A stretch of 64,000 nt of DNA from contig CBFFRQ010000052.1 in the NCBI GenBank assembly GCA_965644315.1, positions 124,001 to 188,000 on the forward strand, written 5' to 3'. The translations under genes were made by a program, and so were the position numbers. The stretch's first letter is position 1. Every line of letters starts with the position of its first letter. Positions 10,413 through 23,174 of the stretch are shown piece after piece. The notes beneath the pieces were generated by a model that saw nothing but the letters and a program-made list of their open reading frames with translations, did no database searches and had not been told where the DNA came from. The DNA is from Caecitellus pseudoparvulus (taxonomy: Eukaryota > Protista > Bigyra: Bicosoecida).

Positions 10413-13400
10413 TCAAGCCTGAGGCCACTTGGCGAGCTGCAGCAGCTCCAGCCACGGGATGGTCCGGTAGCCCCCCTCATTGTACCAGCCGCTGAGTTCT
10501 TGGAGAGATGTGCCGCCCTCCGCGACGCCTGCGCGCTCCAGCTCCTGGACAATGCTGTGGGCTGTGCAGGTGCAGACCTCCCGCAAGCCTGCAGGTGTCA
10601 AGACGGCGTGCAGCGTTCTGTTGGGCGCCAAGATGGCAGCCAGCAACGCAGCCATGAACTTCTCCAGTGTCGCCTGCGCCAACTTTGTGTCGGGGTCTTT
10701 CGTCCCAGACAGAGCATGGAAACCAGCCTGCAGCGTGGCGCTCTTGGAGCCGCCGCTGAACACCAGCAGCGCCACAGCCAAGTCCTCCTGCCTGACCGCG
10801 CTGAGGTCGCTGGGCGATAGCACGGCATACAGACGGTTCAGCATGCCGCTCACAGCGTCGACAGCCCCAGGGTTCTCACTGGTGGACGTCATGTCCTTCA
10901 CCAGGGTGTCGAAGGCTTCCTGGCTCACTCGCCCCTCCTCGGCCGCGCCGGCCACCAGGGACAGCACCTCGATGGGCTTCATGCTGCCCAGCGACGTCAC
11001 CAGCGCCAGCGTGTGCACAGCTGCGCAGTCCTCCAGGGACACGTGCACCTGCAGGGTCTGAGGTTCGGAGCCTTCCTCCTCGCCCGGGCACAGCACCTGC
11101 CAGCGGAAGACGTGGTGGGCCTGCGGTGTCCCCTCAGCTGGGGTTTCCTCGCCCTCCTTGCCCTCCTCGCCCTCCTTGCCCTCTTGCCCTGCAGCAGCGG
11201 CGGCAGGCCTCGAGGGGGCGCCTTCTCCGTCACTGGAGTCGCCCTCATCCTTACCTTCCTTGCCCTCCTCCTCGCTCCCAAGGTTGGACCGGGCTTCCTC
11301 CTCGTCAGTGGACGCCGCGCCTTCGCCATCGCCTTCAGTCTCCGAGCCTTCGCCAGACAGCTCCCCTTCCGAGTCGCTGGGTTCGTAGTCCTCGTCATCT
11401 TCATCGTCCTCCGCGGCTCCATCGGCCAGCACGTCGGGGAACTTGGACAGGGACAGCAGCTCCAGCCAGGGGGCTGTGACAAAGCCACCTCCATTGTACC
11501 ACTCAGCGAAGGCCGTGAAGGTCACCTGCACCTCGTCCAGGTCTGCGTCGTCTTCCCCCGCCCCCGCCTCCAGCAGCACAGTGTCGGTCAGCTGCAGGCA
11601 GTACTGGTTCAGCACGGCCGAGCGCTCCTTGGAGTCCACGCTGCTCATGGACTTGGACAGCGCAGAGAGAGCCGTGAGGAAGGCACGGAGGTACTGGAAC
11701 AGGTGCCGGCGCCCGAGGGGCAGGTCAGTCGCACTCTCCAGGTCCAAGTCATCTGGGTCGCAGCCCAGCACACCCTCTGGCTGGGCTTCCCTGGCAAAGA
11801 GGCCCCAGGCCATGGACAACTTATCGCTCTTGCGCCCCCCCACCAGCAGCGAGAAGCCTGCTGCGAACTCGGCGAAGTGCACGCACTGAGCTCCTTGTGT
11901 GTCGAAGGTCTCGAAGAAGTGGTTAAAATGCCACGTCAAAAACGTCTGTTCGTCAGGAGACAGGCGTGCCCCCGGGATGAGGTTCTTGATGAGGGAGTTG
12001 AAGAGGGACCGGTGCAAGGCGCGGGACTCCTCCTCCGAGCCTGCGCCGCTCTGCTTGGCCAGGGCCACGAGCGTGGCATACAGCTGCCTGGGCTCCAGCC
12101 CGTCAAGGCCAGAGGCACGCAGCAGGCGCTGCAGATTGGCGCAGTCCTCAAACGAGAGCTGCAGCAGGGAGGGGGGGCCGGCAGGCGCGCCACCCTCCTC
12201 GTCATCGTCCGCCGTCTCCAAGGAGAACTGGTACAGGATGGAAGGCGCGATGCCCAAGGCCTGGGCTTCGGCACTGCCAGCCTGGACGCGGCGCCCCTCC
12301 AGCCCGAAGGCCTCCAGGCCCGAGTCAGGTGACGGCGTGTTCAGCTGCTCTGTGATGGCTGCGCCGGCGTGCCCTGCCCAAGGCAGCTTGCGCAGGTCGG
12401 TCAGCTCCAGCCACCCCAGCATGCGCCAGCCGCCCTGCTCGGTGTACCAGTGTGCGAACTGCTCGTAAGTGATGGTGCTGGTGTCCTCGTCGCCCGCCTC
12501 CTTGACAATCACCAGCGCCACTTCCACAAGGCGCTCGAAGAGGGGCGCCCAGTTGGTCTGCTGCCCCTTGCCCGCGTGCAGCGCGACAGCGATGGACAGC
12601 AAGAAGCGCCACAGCTCTGACTCGCCCAGTGCCCCATCCTCGTCTGCGTCAAAGAGGTGGAAGGTCGCCCCCAGCTTCTCGCTCTTGCTACCTTGTGCGA
12701 AGACGGACAGGGCAGTGACAAGCTCCGCGGTCTCCACGCCAACGCTGCTGTCATCGTCACTGCCAGACTCGTCGCCAGTCTGGGACACGGCCCGCAGGCC
12801 GTAGCACATGGAGTAAATGGTGCGCTTGATTTGGGCAGCCGCGGCTGCTGCGCGGGTTTTGGCATCGCCCTCCTCCACCAAGTCGTCCAAGAGTCCCGAG
12901 TGGTCCAAGATGGCCGCCGCCATCTCCACCATACCGTCCGCGTCCAGGAGGCCGCTGGAGTGCTTGTCACACTTCGCGACGAGGGATGCGATGCCCGACG
13001 GGCTCAGGCAGGGCAGCCTGGACTGCACCAGGAAGAAAGCCAGCGTGTCCACCTCGTCTGACGTGAAGGTCAGGTCGGGCGCAGACCCGCCAAGGGCATA
13101 CCTGAGCACGACAGTGTCCCCTGGGGCTGCCTCGCCCTCAGCACCGGGCACAAACGCAGCCACGGCGTCCCACAGGTGGGGTGGGGGCACATCGGGGAAC
13201 TTCTTCAGGTCCAGCAGCTCCAGCCAGGAGGCGACTTCGAAACCCCCTGCGTTGTACCAGGCGCCGAACGCGTCGAAGGTCAGCGTGTCCTCCTCGATGC
13301 CGTCAAAGGCGCGCTGTGTGATGGCAGTCGCCACGCTCTCGATGGCCTTGCGAGTGGTCTCGTCCATGGTGGCTGTGCCTTTGGACTGCAGCGCGAAGAG

Positions 13401-16400
13401 CGCGCAGAGGAAGGCCACCAGCACAGCGTTAAGGCCTGCCGGTGTAACGCCCTCGTCATCGGCCGTGCCGTCTTCGTGCCCGGGGGACACTGCGTGGAAA
13501 GCCAAGGACAGCTTCTTGCTCTTGCAGCCGCCGGCGAACAGGGTGAGGGCGATGGCCAGCTGCTCGTACACGGCATCCCCATCTTCAGCAGGGACGGCCG
13601 CATACACATTCTCAAGCATGCTGGAGATGAAGGCAGCTGCCGAAGGCGGCGTGCCCTGGGGAATCAAGGTCCCCACAGCTTCTCGGAAGGCAGGCAGGGG
13701 GACGACATCCCCGTCCCCAGCTTCGTCCATGAGCAGGTGCACCGCCTCTGGGTCAGCGCCTCCCAGCCTGGACAGCCCAGTGACCACGCCAAGGGCGCGG
13801 ATGTCGTCAGCGGTGAGTTGCACAAGGGGGGACTCTGCATCCACAGGTTGCCCTGGCGGCACCAGCGGGAAGGAGAATACAAAGGCGTCCTCGCCCTCTG
13901 ATGCCTCCTCGTCGTCACCACTGGCATCCTGCATCCAGGCAGCCCACTTACTGCCGTCCAGCAGCTCCAACCATGGGATGGCTGTGTGCCCTGTGGAGTT
14001 GTACCACTCCCCAAACTCGGGGAAAGACACGCTGCCGTCAGTGGCCGTGTCTGCCTCCACTACAACACGTGCCGCCGCGAACTGGGCCGCAGCATCGGCA
14101 GCACTGTGCAGCTGGGGCAGGGAGGGCAGGGCTCCTGCGTCTGCTCCTGATGCGTGCCCCAGCCCGACGAAGCACTGTAGCCCCGCCACCAGCGAGCGGA
14201 GGAGTCGCACGAGGGCCTTCACACTCAGCCGCGCGTCATCGTCATCCGATACAGAGCCAGCGTGCACTCGCCACAGCAGGGCCAGCTTGGCAGACTTCGA
14301 GCCCTGGCACAGCAAGCTCAGTGCCGTGATGAGGTCGTTGGCAGGGGCAGACTCGACGGCCCCGGCATTGGCGAACGCCGTGAAGACGAAGTAGAGGACC
14401 GACGACAAGGCCTCCTGCTGGTCTTTGCTGAGCTTTGCCCCAGGGATGAGTGCCCGCACGGCAGCCAAGTACCCTGCACAGGTGATGTCCTGGCCCTGCT
14501 TGCTGGACGCCTTGCTCTGCAGCGCGTCCACCAGCACGTCCACTGGCGTTTCGTGCAGGCCGGAGGTGGTGGCGACGTCCATGAAGAAGGACACCACCCG
14601 CTGGGTCAGCACCATCGGCGGCTGCACCGCCTCACCATCTGGTGCAGGGCACAGCGCGAAGGCAACTTCGCCCGGTCGAGTGGTGATGGCCACAAAGGAA
14701 GCATCCTCCTCCGCCTCAGCCGGCGTCTCGGCATCGGCATCGGCAGAGGGAGGCGCGTCAGTGCCCTCGCCTGCCACAGCGTCATACGCGGCGGCGACCT
14801 CGGCACCCCACTTGCGGGCATCAATGAGCTCCAGCCACGCCGCCACCTTCCACCCTGCGCGGTTGTACCAGGCCGCAAAGGCGTCGAAGGACACTGCAGG
14901 GGCCTTGCCGCCCTCCCGGACGTACATGTCGTCGCCACGTCGCAAGACGGAGGACACCTCTGCCTCCTCGAACAACTCCTCCACCATGGCAGAGCAGGCG
15001 TGGTTAATGGTGGCCTGTGTGACCTGGGGCGCGGCGTTGGACAGCTGCCCCACGAAGGCAGTGATGGCCGTCAGGAAGCAGCGGGCGAAGACGTACACTT
15101 GGACGTCAGTCAGCAGCCCGTCGTCATCGTCGTCCATCAGCGCCCACGCGAAGGAGAGCTTGTCAGACTTGGAGCCGCCCGCCAGCAGCGTCATGCCCAG
15201 GGCCATGTGTACCGTCACCACCTCTGAGGAGATGTTCTGGTCCAGGGCGAAGAAGAGGGTGTTCAGGGACATGGCCACCTGGGTGCGGGACTCAGCGTCC
15301 AGCTCGGGGGAGGACAGCGCGACACGCCGGATGAAGCGCACCCACCCTTCCCGCTGCACAGAGCCATCCACAGTATCCTGCAGCAGGTGAGCAGCGAGCT
15401 GCCCTGGGCTGAGGGCAGGCAGGGCAGTGGCGCCTAGCAGGGCCGCGAGCTCTGCCACGTCCCGTTGCCGCACGGTGAGCACGGTCAGAGGGTCGGGCTC
15501 GTCGCTGGCCTCGTCGTCATCGACTTGGCGCTCCGGCAGGGGCAGTGCAAACACAGCCTTGCCGAAGGCTTCCTCAGCAACAGCGTCGGGGACGCTGCCG
15601 TCTGGGGCCAGGCCACTGTCAGCGTCAGCAGGGGCAGCGGCTGGTAGGGCAGGTACGGCCGGAGCCGCAGCTGCCGCCGCTGCGCGGGCGGTCGGGGATT
15701 CAATCGCGCCGTCGCCAATGTGAGGCCACTTGGTCAGGGACAGCAGCTCCAGCCAGGGGGCCACCTCGTGGCCGCCTTCATTGTACCAGCGCCCAAACGT
15801 GGCGTAGGTGATGAAGCCTGAGCTATCCCCAGCAGCTGGCTCGGCGTCTGCCTGTAGCTCCTCGGCTGACAGCAATACATCCTGCTCCTGTGCAAAGGCC
15901 ATGATGCGGTCACTCAGCTCGACGGCAGCGATGTCTACCTCCTCGGCGAGGGCTGTGGCATGGGCGCTACGCAGGCGCAGGCCCAGGTACTTGAACGCGG
16001 TGAGGCCAGTGAGGAAGGCTCGCAGGAAGCGCCACAGCTGCACGCGGTTCATGCAGCCGCCTGAGGACGCGGCGATGAGCGTCCAGGCCGCCACCAGCTT
16101 GTCGCTCTTGGAGCCATCGGTGAGCAGGGTCAAGCCAATGGCCAGCTCTGCGGCCGCGACCTGCTTGTTGGCGAAGCGGTCAAAGCACTTGAAGAAGCGG
16201 GAGAGGGAGCGGGAGAGGAACATGGTGCTGTCGCTGCCTGCGCCGTCGGCCGGGATGATCTGGCGCATGACACCGCGGAAGGCGTCCTGGCTCAGCAAGC
16301 CTCGCGTGGATGCCTCCAGCACGACAGCAAGCAGCTCCGTGGGGGACCAGGAGTCCAGCTGTGCGAGGGTCAGCAGCTTGTGGACACGCACACAGTCACC

Positions 16401-19400
16401 TTGAGTGAGGTACAGGTGTCCGCTGGCGTCTGGGTGTGGCAGGGACAGCCCGATGCGACTCAGCTCTGCCAGGGGCAGGGAGCTGTCCACAAAAGCTGTG
16501 CGCACGACCTGGGCGATGGCGGGGTGCACCGCCACGACCGGGTCCACAGCGGGCGACGGGATGAGGGGGAAGTCGAACGCAGCTTCCGCTGCATCCCCCG
16601 TGTCCATGCCGGGTGGCACCAGCAGAGCCTCCGCGCTGGGGGCGTGGGGAGGCAGGGCGGGTGGCTTAGCCGCCCGGGCATCCGGCACGAAAGCGTCCGC
16701 GGGCGCCTCCTCAGCGGAGGGGTCCACCCACTTTTCCGGAGCAAGCAGCTCCAGCCAGGCAGCGGAGCGGAAGCCGCCGTCGTTGTACCACTGGCCGAAG
16801 TCGTCGTACGTGACGGGGGCGTCGCTGGCATCCCGGTCGGCGAACATGGCCTGAATGACTTCCACTGCCCCACGGCGGGCCACAGACTGCATCTCTGCGG
16901 CTCCGTGCGGGGCGGATGTGGAGCTGAGGGCCTGCAGCCCCACAAGCACAGCATACGCGAAGCGCCACAGCTGCGTGCGCGAGAGGGGCAGAGACGGGTC
17001 CACGGAGGCTCCCTGGCCCCGCTGACCACTGGCTGCGAAGGTCGCGAAGGCGAAGTGCAGCTTGGAGCTCTTGGAGCCATCAGCAAACATGCTCAGGGCG
17101 ACCGCCAGCTCGTCTGCCGGCGCGAGCTTGGGCTTGCTGGAAGCCGTGCCAGCCACAGGCATGTCTGTGCGGGCCAGGCAGTCAAAGATGCAGCATGCTG
17201 CCGCAAGCCAGGCAGGGGTGTCCTTGGCAGGCCCCTGTGGCAGGCTGTCCAGGAATGCTGCAAATGCCGAACCATCCAGCAGGCCGAGTGGGGCGGCTGC
17301 GCGAACCTTGTACGCATGCGCTGGCACCGCGAAGAGGCCATTCAGCGCCCCCAAGCCATCCTGGCCTCGGAGGCCGCTGCCAGAGCGCGCCCGGTGAAAG
17401 GCGCCCAAGTCATCGCGACTCAGGGTCAGCGTCTCATCGGGTGGCACCACCGTGAACGTGAACACATGTGCCGCAGCAGCAGCACCATCGGGCAGCGGCG
17501 AAGCGCCCCAGGTGCTTTCGTGCACAAGGGCACCACCACCGCCCAGCGCATCGTCGGCTTCGGCATCCTCCATCGCCGCCCGCATGGCCTCCTCCATGTC
17601 GGCAGCCTCCTCGCCCTCTGCCACCCGCGGGGTCTCGCCATACACATCCTGGGCATGCAGGCCTTCATAGGCATCGTCGGCTTCGGCATCCTCCATCGCC
17701 GCCCGCATGGCCTCCTCCATGTCGGCAGCCTCCTCGCCCTCTGCCACCCGCGGGGTCTCGCCATACACATCCTGGGCATGCAGGCCTTCATAGGCATCGT
17801 CGGCCTCGGCATCCTCCATCGCCGCCCGCAAGGCCTCCTCCATGTCAGCAGCCTCCTCGCCCTCTGCCACCCGCGGGGTCTCGCCATACACATCCTGGGC
17901 ATGCAGGCCTTCATAGGCATCGTCGGCCTCGGCATCCTCCATCGCCGCCCGCAAGGACCTGTGCAGGCCACTGGAATCCGGCATGTCACCTGGGTGGTCC
18001 GCGCCGCCCGAGCGCAGGCCGAGGCCAGGCATCTGGCCATACTCGTTGGCGACGAGAGGCGGCATCTTCCCGTGGTCAAGGAGCTCCAGCCAGCCCATGG
18101 CAAGGTGGCCTTCATCGTTGTACCAGTCGCCGAACTCTTCAAAGAGTATGACATCCGGGTTACTGCGAGGAGCGCCCCCTTCAGCCTCGGGAGCCAGCAC
18201 CAGGCCAGCAGCATAGCTGGCGGCCGTGCCGACGCACTGCTGCACCTCTTCAGCAGACATGCCAGTGAGGCTGCAGCCAGCGATGGCAACCAGCATGTTC
18301 AGGAGAGCCTTGAGGAAGCGGTAGAAGGCCTCAGCGTCCAGGCCGGCGTCATCCTGCTCCTCGAAGAGAGACCAGGCCAGGGCGAGCTTGGGGGACTTCC
18401 CGCCGCGGCAAAGCAACAACATGCCGGCGATGAACTCCCCTGTGTCCACGGCTTCTTGGCCAGCTTGGGCGAAGGCGTGGAAAAGGGCGCCAAGCCCCAG
18501 GGACACACGGCGGCGCTGCTTGGCAGACAGCTGCTGCACAGCGACGAGGCTGCGCATGGCGTGAGAGAAGGCAGGCCAGGAGATGAAGCCGTCCGCCCCC
18601 GCTGCCAGCAGGGTGGTGGCCATGGTCTTCGGGTCGCACTTGTGCAGGCCGCTGAGCAGCAGCAGCTGGCGGTAGTTGTGCACGTCCTGAGCCGTGAGGA
18701 CCAGCGTGTGCAGGCTGCTGCCAACCACCGACGCGACCTCCTGCGGCAACAGAGGGAACTGACTCAGCACTGAGTCGGGATCGGCGTCGGCGAAGTAGCT
18801 GGAGCTGCGGGCAAGAGGCGGCATGGCGGGGGGCGCGACGGCAACCTCGCCTGCGGTTGCCGCTGCAGGGGCTGAAGGTGGCGGCGCAGAGAACGCGGCA
18901 GCTGGTTGCGCAGCAGTGGCAGCAGCAGTCCACTTGCTCACATCCAGCAGCTCCAGCCAGGGGATGACCGTGTGCCCCACGGAATTGTACCACTCCCCGA
19001 AGGCAACGAAGGAGATGCCAGTTGTCGGGGTTGCCCCTGGCACACGTTCGAAGACGAGGCGGGCGACTTCAACTGCCGCATCGTCCACTACATCGTGGGA
19101 GTCTGTGGGCGTCTTGCCCGCGTGTTGGGAAGACAGCGCTGTGAGGCCAATGATGTATGCGCGAAGGTAGCGCCAGAGCTCGCGGCGGGTCAGGCTGCCA
19201 TCTTGGTCGGCATCGAAGAGGGCAAACGTGGCACCCAGCTTGACGCTCTTGGAGCCACCGACGAGGATGGAGAGGCCCGTGGTAATGTCCTGCAGGGGGC
19301 GCCGGCAGCGAGCTCACGTGTCGGGGGGTGCAGCTTGCATGGTTGGCGTGGTGCGGCAGCTTACCTGAGCCTGCACCTGCCCTTCGCCTGCCCAATCGTA

Positions 19401-19673
19401 CAGGTTGAAGAGGCGCGAGAGCACGCCAGAGAACCGCCCACGTTGGGCAGCCGAGACGTGGTCCCGTACTCCGGGGGCTAGCCGTCGGATCAAGCCGAAG
19501 TACTGCGCGCGGGACAGCTGACCTTTGCTCGTGGCAGTGCCTTTCGCCGCCGCCAGCAAGTCCTCCACGCTCTTGTCCCGGAGGCCGGTTTGCTGGACCA
19601 GCTCAGCGACCAAAGTGCAGTCCTCTGGGGAGAAGTGCAGTCCAGAATCATCACCTGGCCATAACGCCATCAT
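10413..19673 (-). CDS. Giant (~3060 aa) protein with ten tandem EF-hand (NCS/calcineurin-B-like) modules; intron 19290-19364
   Basis: The 2891-codon ORF extends upstream in frame (DITTGLSILVGGSKSVKLGATFALFDADQDGSLTRRE) to an acceptor at 19290; exon 1 starts MMALWPGDD. Ten copies of G[SG]KSxKL...FxxWYNxxG...WLELL are present. Confidence 0.85.
17548..17952. repeat. Coding tandem repeat, 123-bp unit x ~3.3, near-identical copies
   Basis: Units start at 17548, 17671, 17794 and 17917, and encode AAMEDAEADDAYEGLHAQDVYGETPRVAEGEEAADMEEA[LM]R (41 aa). Confidence 0.95.
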
Positions 19674-20310
19674 GATGGCGCCTGTGGCGAACGGGGAAGC
19701 AGCGTGTGTCTCCAGCTGCCGGCTCAAAAACGCACTGCCAACGGCGTCGGCAGTGCGGCGCAGCCTTCGCACGGCAAGGAAACCACGCGAGGCGCGGGGC
19801 GGGGGACGGCACCAACTTACTGTCAGCTGCCATGGCCAGGCTGGGCTGGCGCTGGGAGTCGCGCCAGGAGCAGCTGACCTTGGCAGGGGAGCAGCGTGAA
19901 CGGCAGGAGGGATGGTGTGGCTCACGCTGGTGAAGGAGCCAACTGCCACGTTGGCCAAGGCGTGCGCAGGAGCACCGGTGCGCCTGCACGATCACCTGCG
20001 CCGATGACTGCACATGTGCATGTGAATTTGGCTGTGTGCACACAAGGAGGGGGGGGGTCGTGGCCACTGTGCCCCATGGCGTGTTTCTGTGTGCTGCAGG
20101 TGGTCACGAGTAGACAGCGTCTGGGCGTGCGTGCTCGGGGCACTCAATCGAGGCCAAAATAAACCCCCCCAAATCACCCCCCGCCCATCTACACCCCCAT
20201 TGCCAGCCTGTGCATGGATGCCGCTGCGTTGACCAGCCCGGCACTCGGTCGAGCGGGCACAGCGGAAAAAGGCCCGCCCACCTTGTTCAAATTTCCGCAC
20301 TTCGCCAGGG

Positions 20311-21533
20311 ATGGCGGCCGGCGACAGTGCGTGGCCTGCATCCCGCGCCGAGCACACCATGCACCACGATGCACCACCTACCGTTTCCGCAGCACATGAC
20401 TCGTTCAGCAGTTTGAAGAGCTTCCTGTCGGGTTGTGCAGGGGGCGGGGCAGGTACGCGCCAAGCTCACGAGCTTCGATGCGAAACGCGGCTGAGCACCG
20501 TGCCTGTCGGCGACACACAGGGAAACTGGTGGAGTACCCCATGGACACCCTGAAAACCGTGACACAAGTGCGCCCTGACATCCGGGGCCCTCTGGATGCC
20601 GTGCAGCGGCTGGGCGTGACGGGGCTGTACCGAGGCTTACCAGTGGTTCGTCGGGCCATGCTCCGCAACAGGTGCTCCCCGTGCGGCGCACACAGCCCAC
20701 CCCCCCCCGCCCTGCCTGCACAGCCCCTGGTGGCAGCCATCCTGGAGGTGGGCACCATCCTCAGCACGAGCAAGGTGATCAAGGCCTGGATGCACGGTGC
20801 AGCTGGCTCGACCCAGCACCAGCCGTGGCATGACTTCGCCGCGGGCGGCATCTCCGGCGCCATCGTCGCGCACATCCTCACCCCCGCAGAGCTCATCAAG
20901 TGCCGCCTGCAGACAGGTGGCTACACGTCCGCTCTGGACTGCCTTCGGCGCAGTGTGGCGGCAGAGGGCGTGCGTGTGCTGTACAAGGCCCACACCGCCA
21001 CCCTCATCCGGGAGATCGCAGGCACGGCCGTGTGGCTGGGTGTGTACGAGAACTGTCTGCATTTGATGGCGGGGGGCAGCCGTAGCCGGGCGGAGCTGAC
21101 GCACCTGGAGGTCATCGCCGCTGGCTCCATTGCTGGCGTTTGGTACTGGGCGCTGCCCTTCCCCATCGACACCGTGAAGACGGTCATGCAGACTGAGGCG
21201 GTGTCCACGACGCCAGCGGGCATAGTTAGCACTGCACGGGCCATCTACGCTCGGGGCGGTATTCGGGCGTTTTACCGGGGCCTGCTGCCTTCCCTGGTGC
21301 GTGGAGCTCCAGGCAGTGCTGCGATCCTGTACACGACCGAGCTGACGCTGCGCATGCTGGATGGCGTGTTCCCGCCGAATGGCACCAGCATGCGGGAGTG
21401 GCAGGAGCCGGAACCCCCGCGAGAGGCGTCGTCTGGGCGGGTGCAAGAGGCACTGGGCATGGGCGCCGCCGTGGCGGCAGTGCTGTGTGCTCCGGACACC
21501 CACCAGCACGGCGGTTGGCGGGGTGCGCGGTGA
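20311..21533 (+). CDS. Mitochondrial carrier (SLC25; carnitine/ornithine/basic amino acid carrier-like), about three introns
   Basis: Three PxD/ExxK signatures (YPMDTLKT, TPAELIKCRLQ, FPIDTVKT), plus GLYRG/FYRG and IREIAG. Introns ~20327-20392, ~20453-20520 and ~20644-20723. Confidence 0.9.
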
Positions 21534-21552
21534 CACTGCATTGCCCGCACCG

Positions 21553-22834
21553 CTACCCAGGCACAACGGGCGGCACCATGGATACGATGGTGTTTGAGGC
21601 GGCATCCCGGCGGATGGTTTTGCCGAAGCAGGCAGAGCGCCCCTTGATCATGCTGCCCAGCCCAAACGCGTCCTCACCCAGCCCCGCCTTCGCCGCCACG
21701 CCGTTCATAGCTGCCACGACAGCTGCCTTGTCACTATTTGGCAACGCCCCCCCCGCATCAGCCAGTCCCAAGAGCAGTGCCGCGGCGGGTGAGCCCGCCT
21801 CCAGGGCTGCTCGCAAGATGGCGTGGCAGGCCTTGGCGTACCGCTGCTGTGTGGCGGCGGCTGCTTCAGCCCGTGCCGTCTCTGCCTGGATCTTGCGCCG
21901 GGTGCTCTCCAGTGCCCGTGTGCACTCCCGGTGGGCTTCGTGGCGTGCTGAGGCTGAGGCAGCTGTGGCAGCCGTCGCCTTGGCCTCTGCCTGCACCGCC
22001 GCGAGCTCCTCACGAAGGCGGTTGCGCTCCGCCTCCAGAGTCATGCGCTCGACGCTGGCACCACTGGTGCCGGTGGCACCACTGCCCTTGCTGCCCGCTG
22101 ACGTGCGGGGTGCCTTGGCTGGTGGCTGGGCCGCTGCGCCAGCTTCAGCCTTGGCGCTCAGCAACGCCACCACGCTGGCCAGGTCCATGATCTGCTGCTG
22201 CAGGCGGTCAATGGACTCCTCCAATGCACTGGCCGACTCCTCTGCGCGGGCATGGCGGGCCTGGGCCGCTGCAGTCTTCTCCTCCACGCCCTGTGTATCC
22301 TCAGCGTCCGCCTGGGCTTGCCGCACCTGGGCTTGCACGTCAGCTAGGCGGGCAGCTGTGCGCTCCACCTGCCTGCGCTCTTCGGCAAGGCGGGCAACTT
22401 GGCTCTCCGCAGCTTCTTCCATCTCCTGCTCTGCCACGTTGACTCGCTTTGCCACGGTGGACGCGCGCACGCCGCCCTTGTAGGCGGCAGCGGCGCTCTC
22501 CATGCGGCTGGTAGCCTTTTTCAGACCTGCTGCTCGCGATCGGAGTTCACGTACATCGCTCCACACTTCATGCCCTTCTGCTACTCCGTCCATGGAGTCC
22601 AGCGCTGCGAAGACGGCCTCCAGAGGCATGCTTGGGTCCCTGCGGAAATTGATTGGCGTTGCGTCGTAACGTGCGGCACCGCGATCAGTCGCTGGCACGC
22701 ACGGCGCACGTGGGGGACCCCTTGCGTATCTGTATGAAAAGCAGGACAGTGCATGTGGGCAGGGCTGCTTGCGCAGTCACGACGTCAGGGCCAACGCACC
22801 GTGCATGTGCCTGTTGCTCCTCCAGGAAGGCCAT
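21553..22834 (-). CDS. Coiled-coil hypothetical protein; 5' exon structure uncertain
   Basis: 381-codon ORF with Ala/Glu/Arg-rich heptads and a globular-looking C-terminus. A possible first exon MAFLEEQQAHAR lies upstream. Confidence 0.55.
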
Positions 22835-23174
22835 GCGGAGCACTGGCGGGTTCACGCATGGCAAGCGGAAACGAGTGGATGCAACCTGCGGGGGATCAGG
22901 GGTCTGCCTTGTCATGCACTGTGGGCACAGTGTGGACGGCAGCATCTCACGTCTTCTGCCGTGGCAGTGGTACTCCTCAGCGTTGCCGTGAATGCTGCCA
23001 GTGTGTCTGCAGCCATGTTGGCCGTGCTTGGGAGGCTGCCTTCCCTGGGCGGGCAGGGGGGGCGGAGATGTGGAAGTCAGACAGAAAACAAAATACAGCG
23101 CACCATGCATTGGGCAGGCGGGGTGAGTTTTGGCCACCGCCGCGGGCATGGTGTTTGGCCGGCACGGACAAGCT

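Noticed and set aside
17548-17952. Regular repeat as a possible CRISPR array
   Set aside because: The units are contiguous 123-bp coding repeats without unique spacers, there are no cas genes, and the context is eukaryotic.
11013-18773. Long plus-strand ORFs (439, 525, 321 and 797 aa) opposite the giant EF-hand gene
   Set aside because: These are antisense shadows expected from GC-rich codon usage. They show no recognisable motifs. The same applies to most overlapping ORFs in the track.
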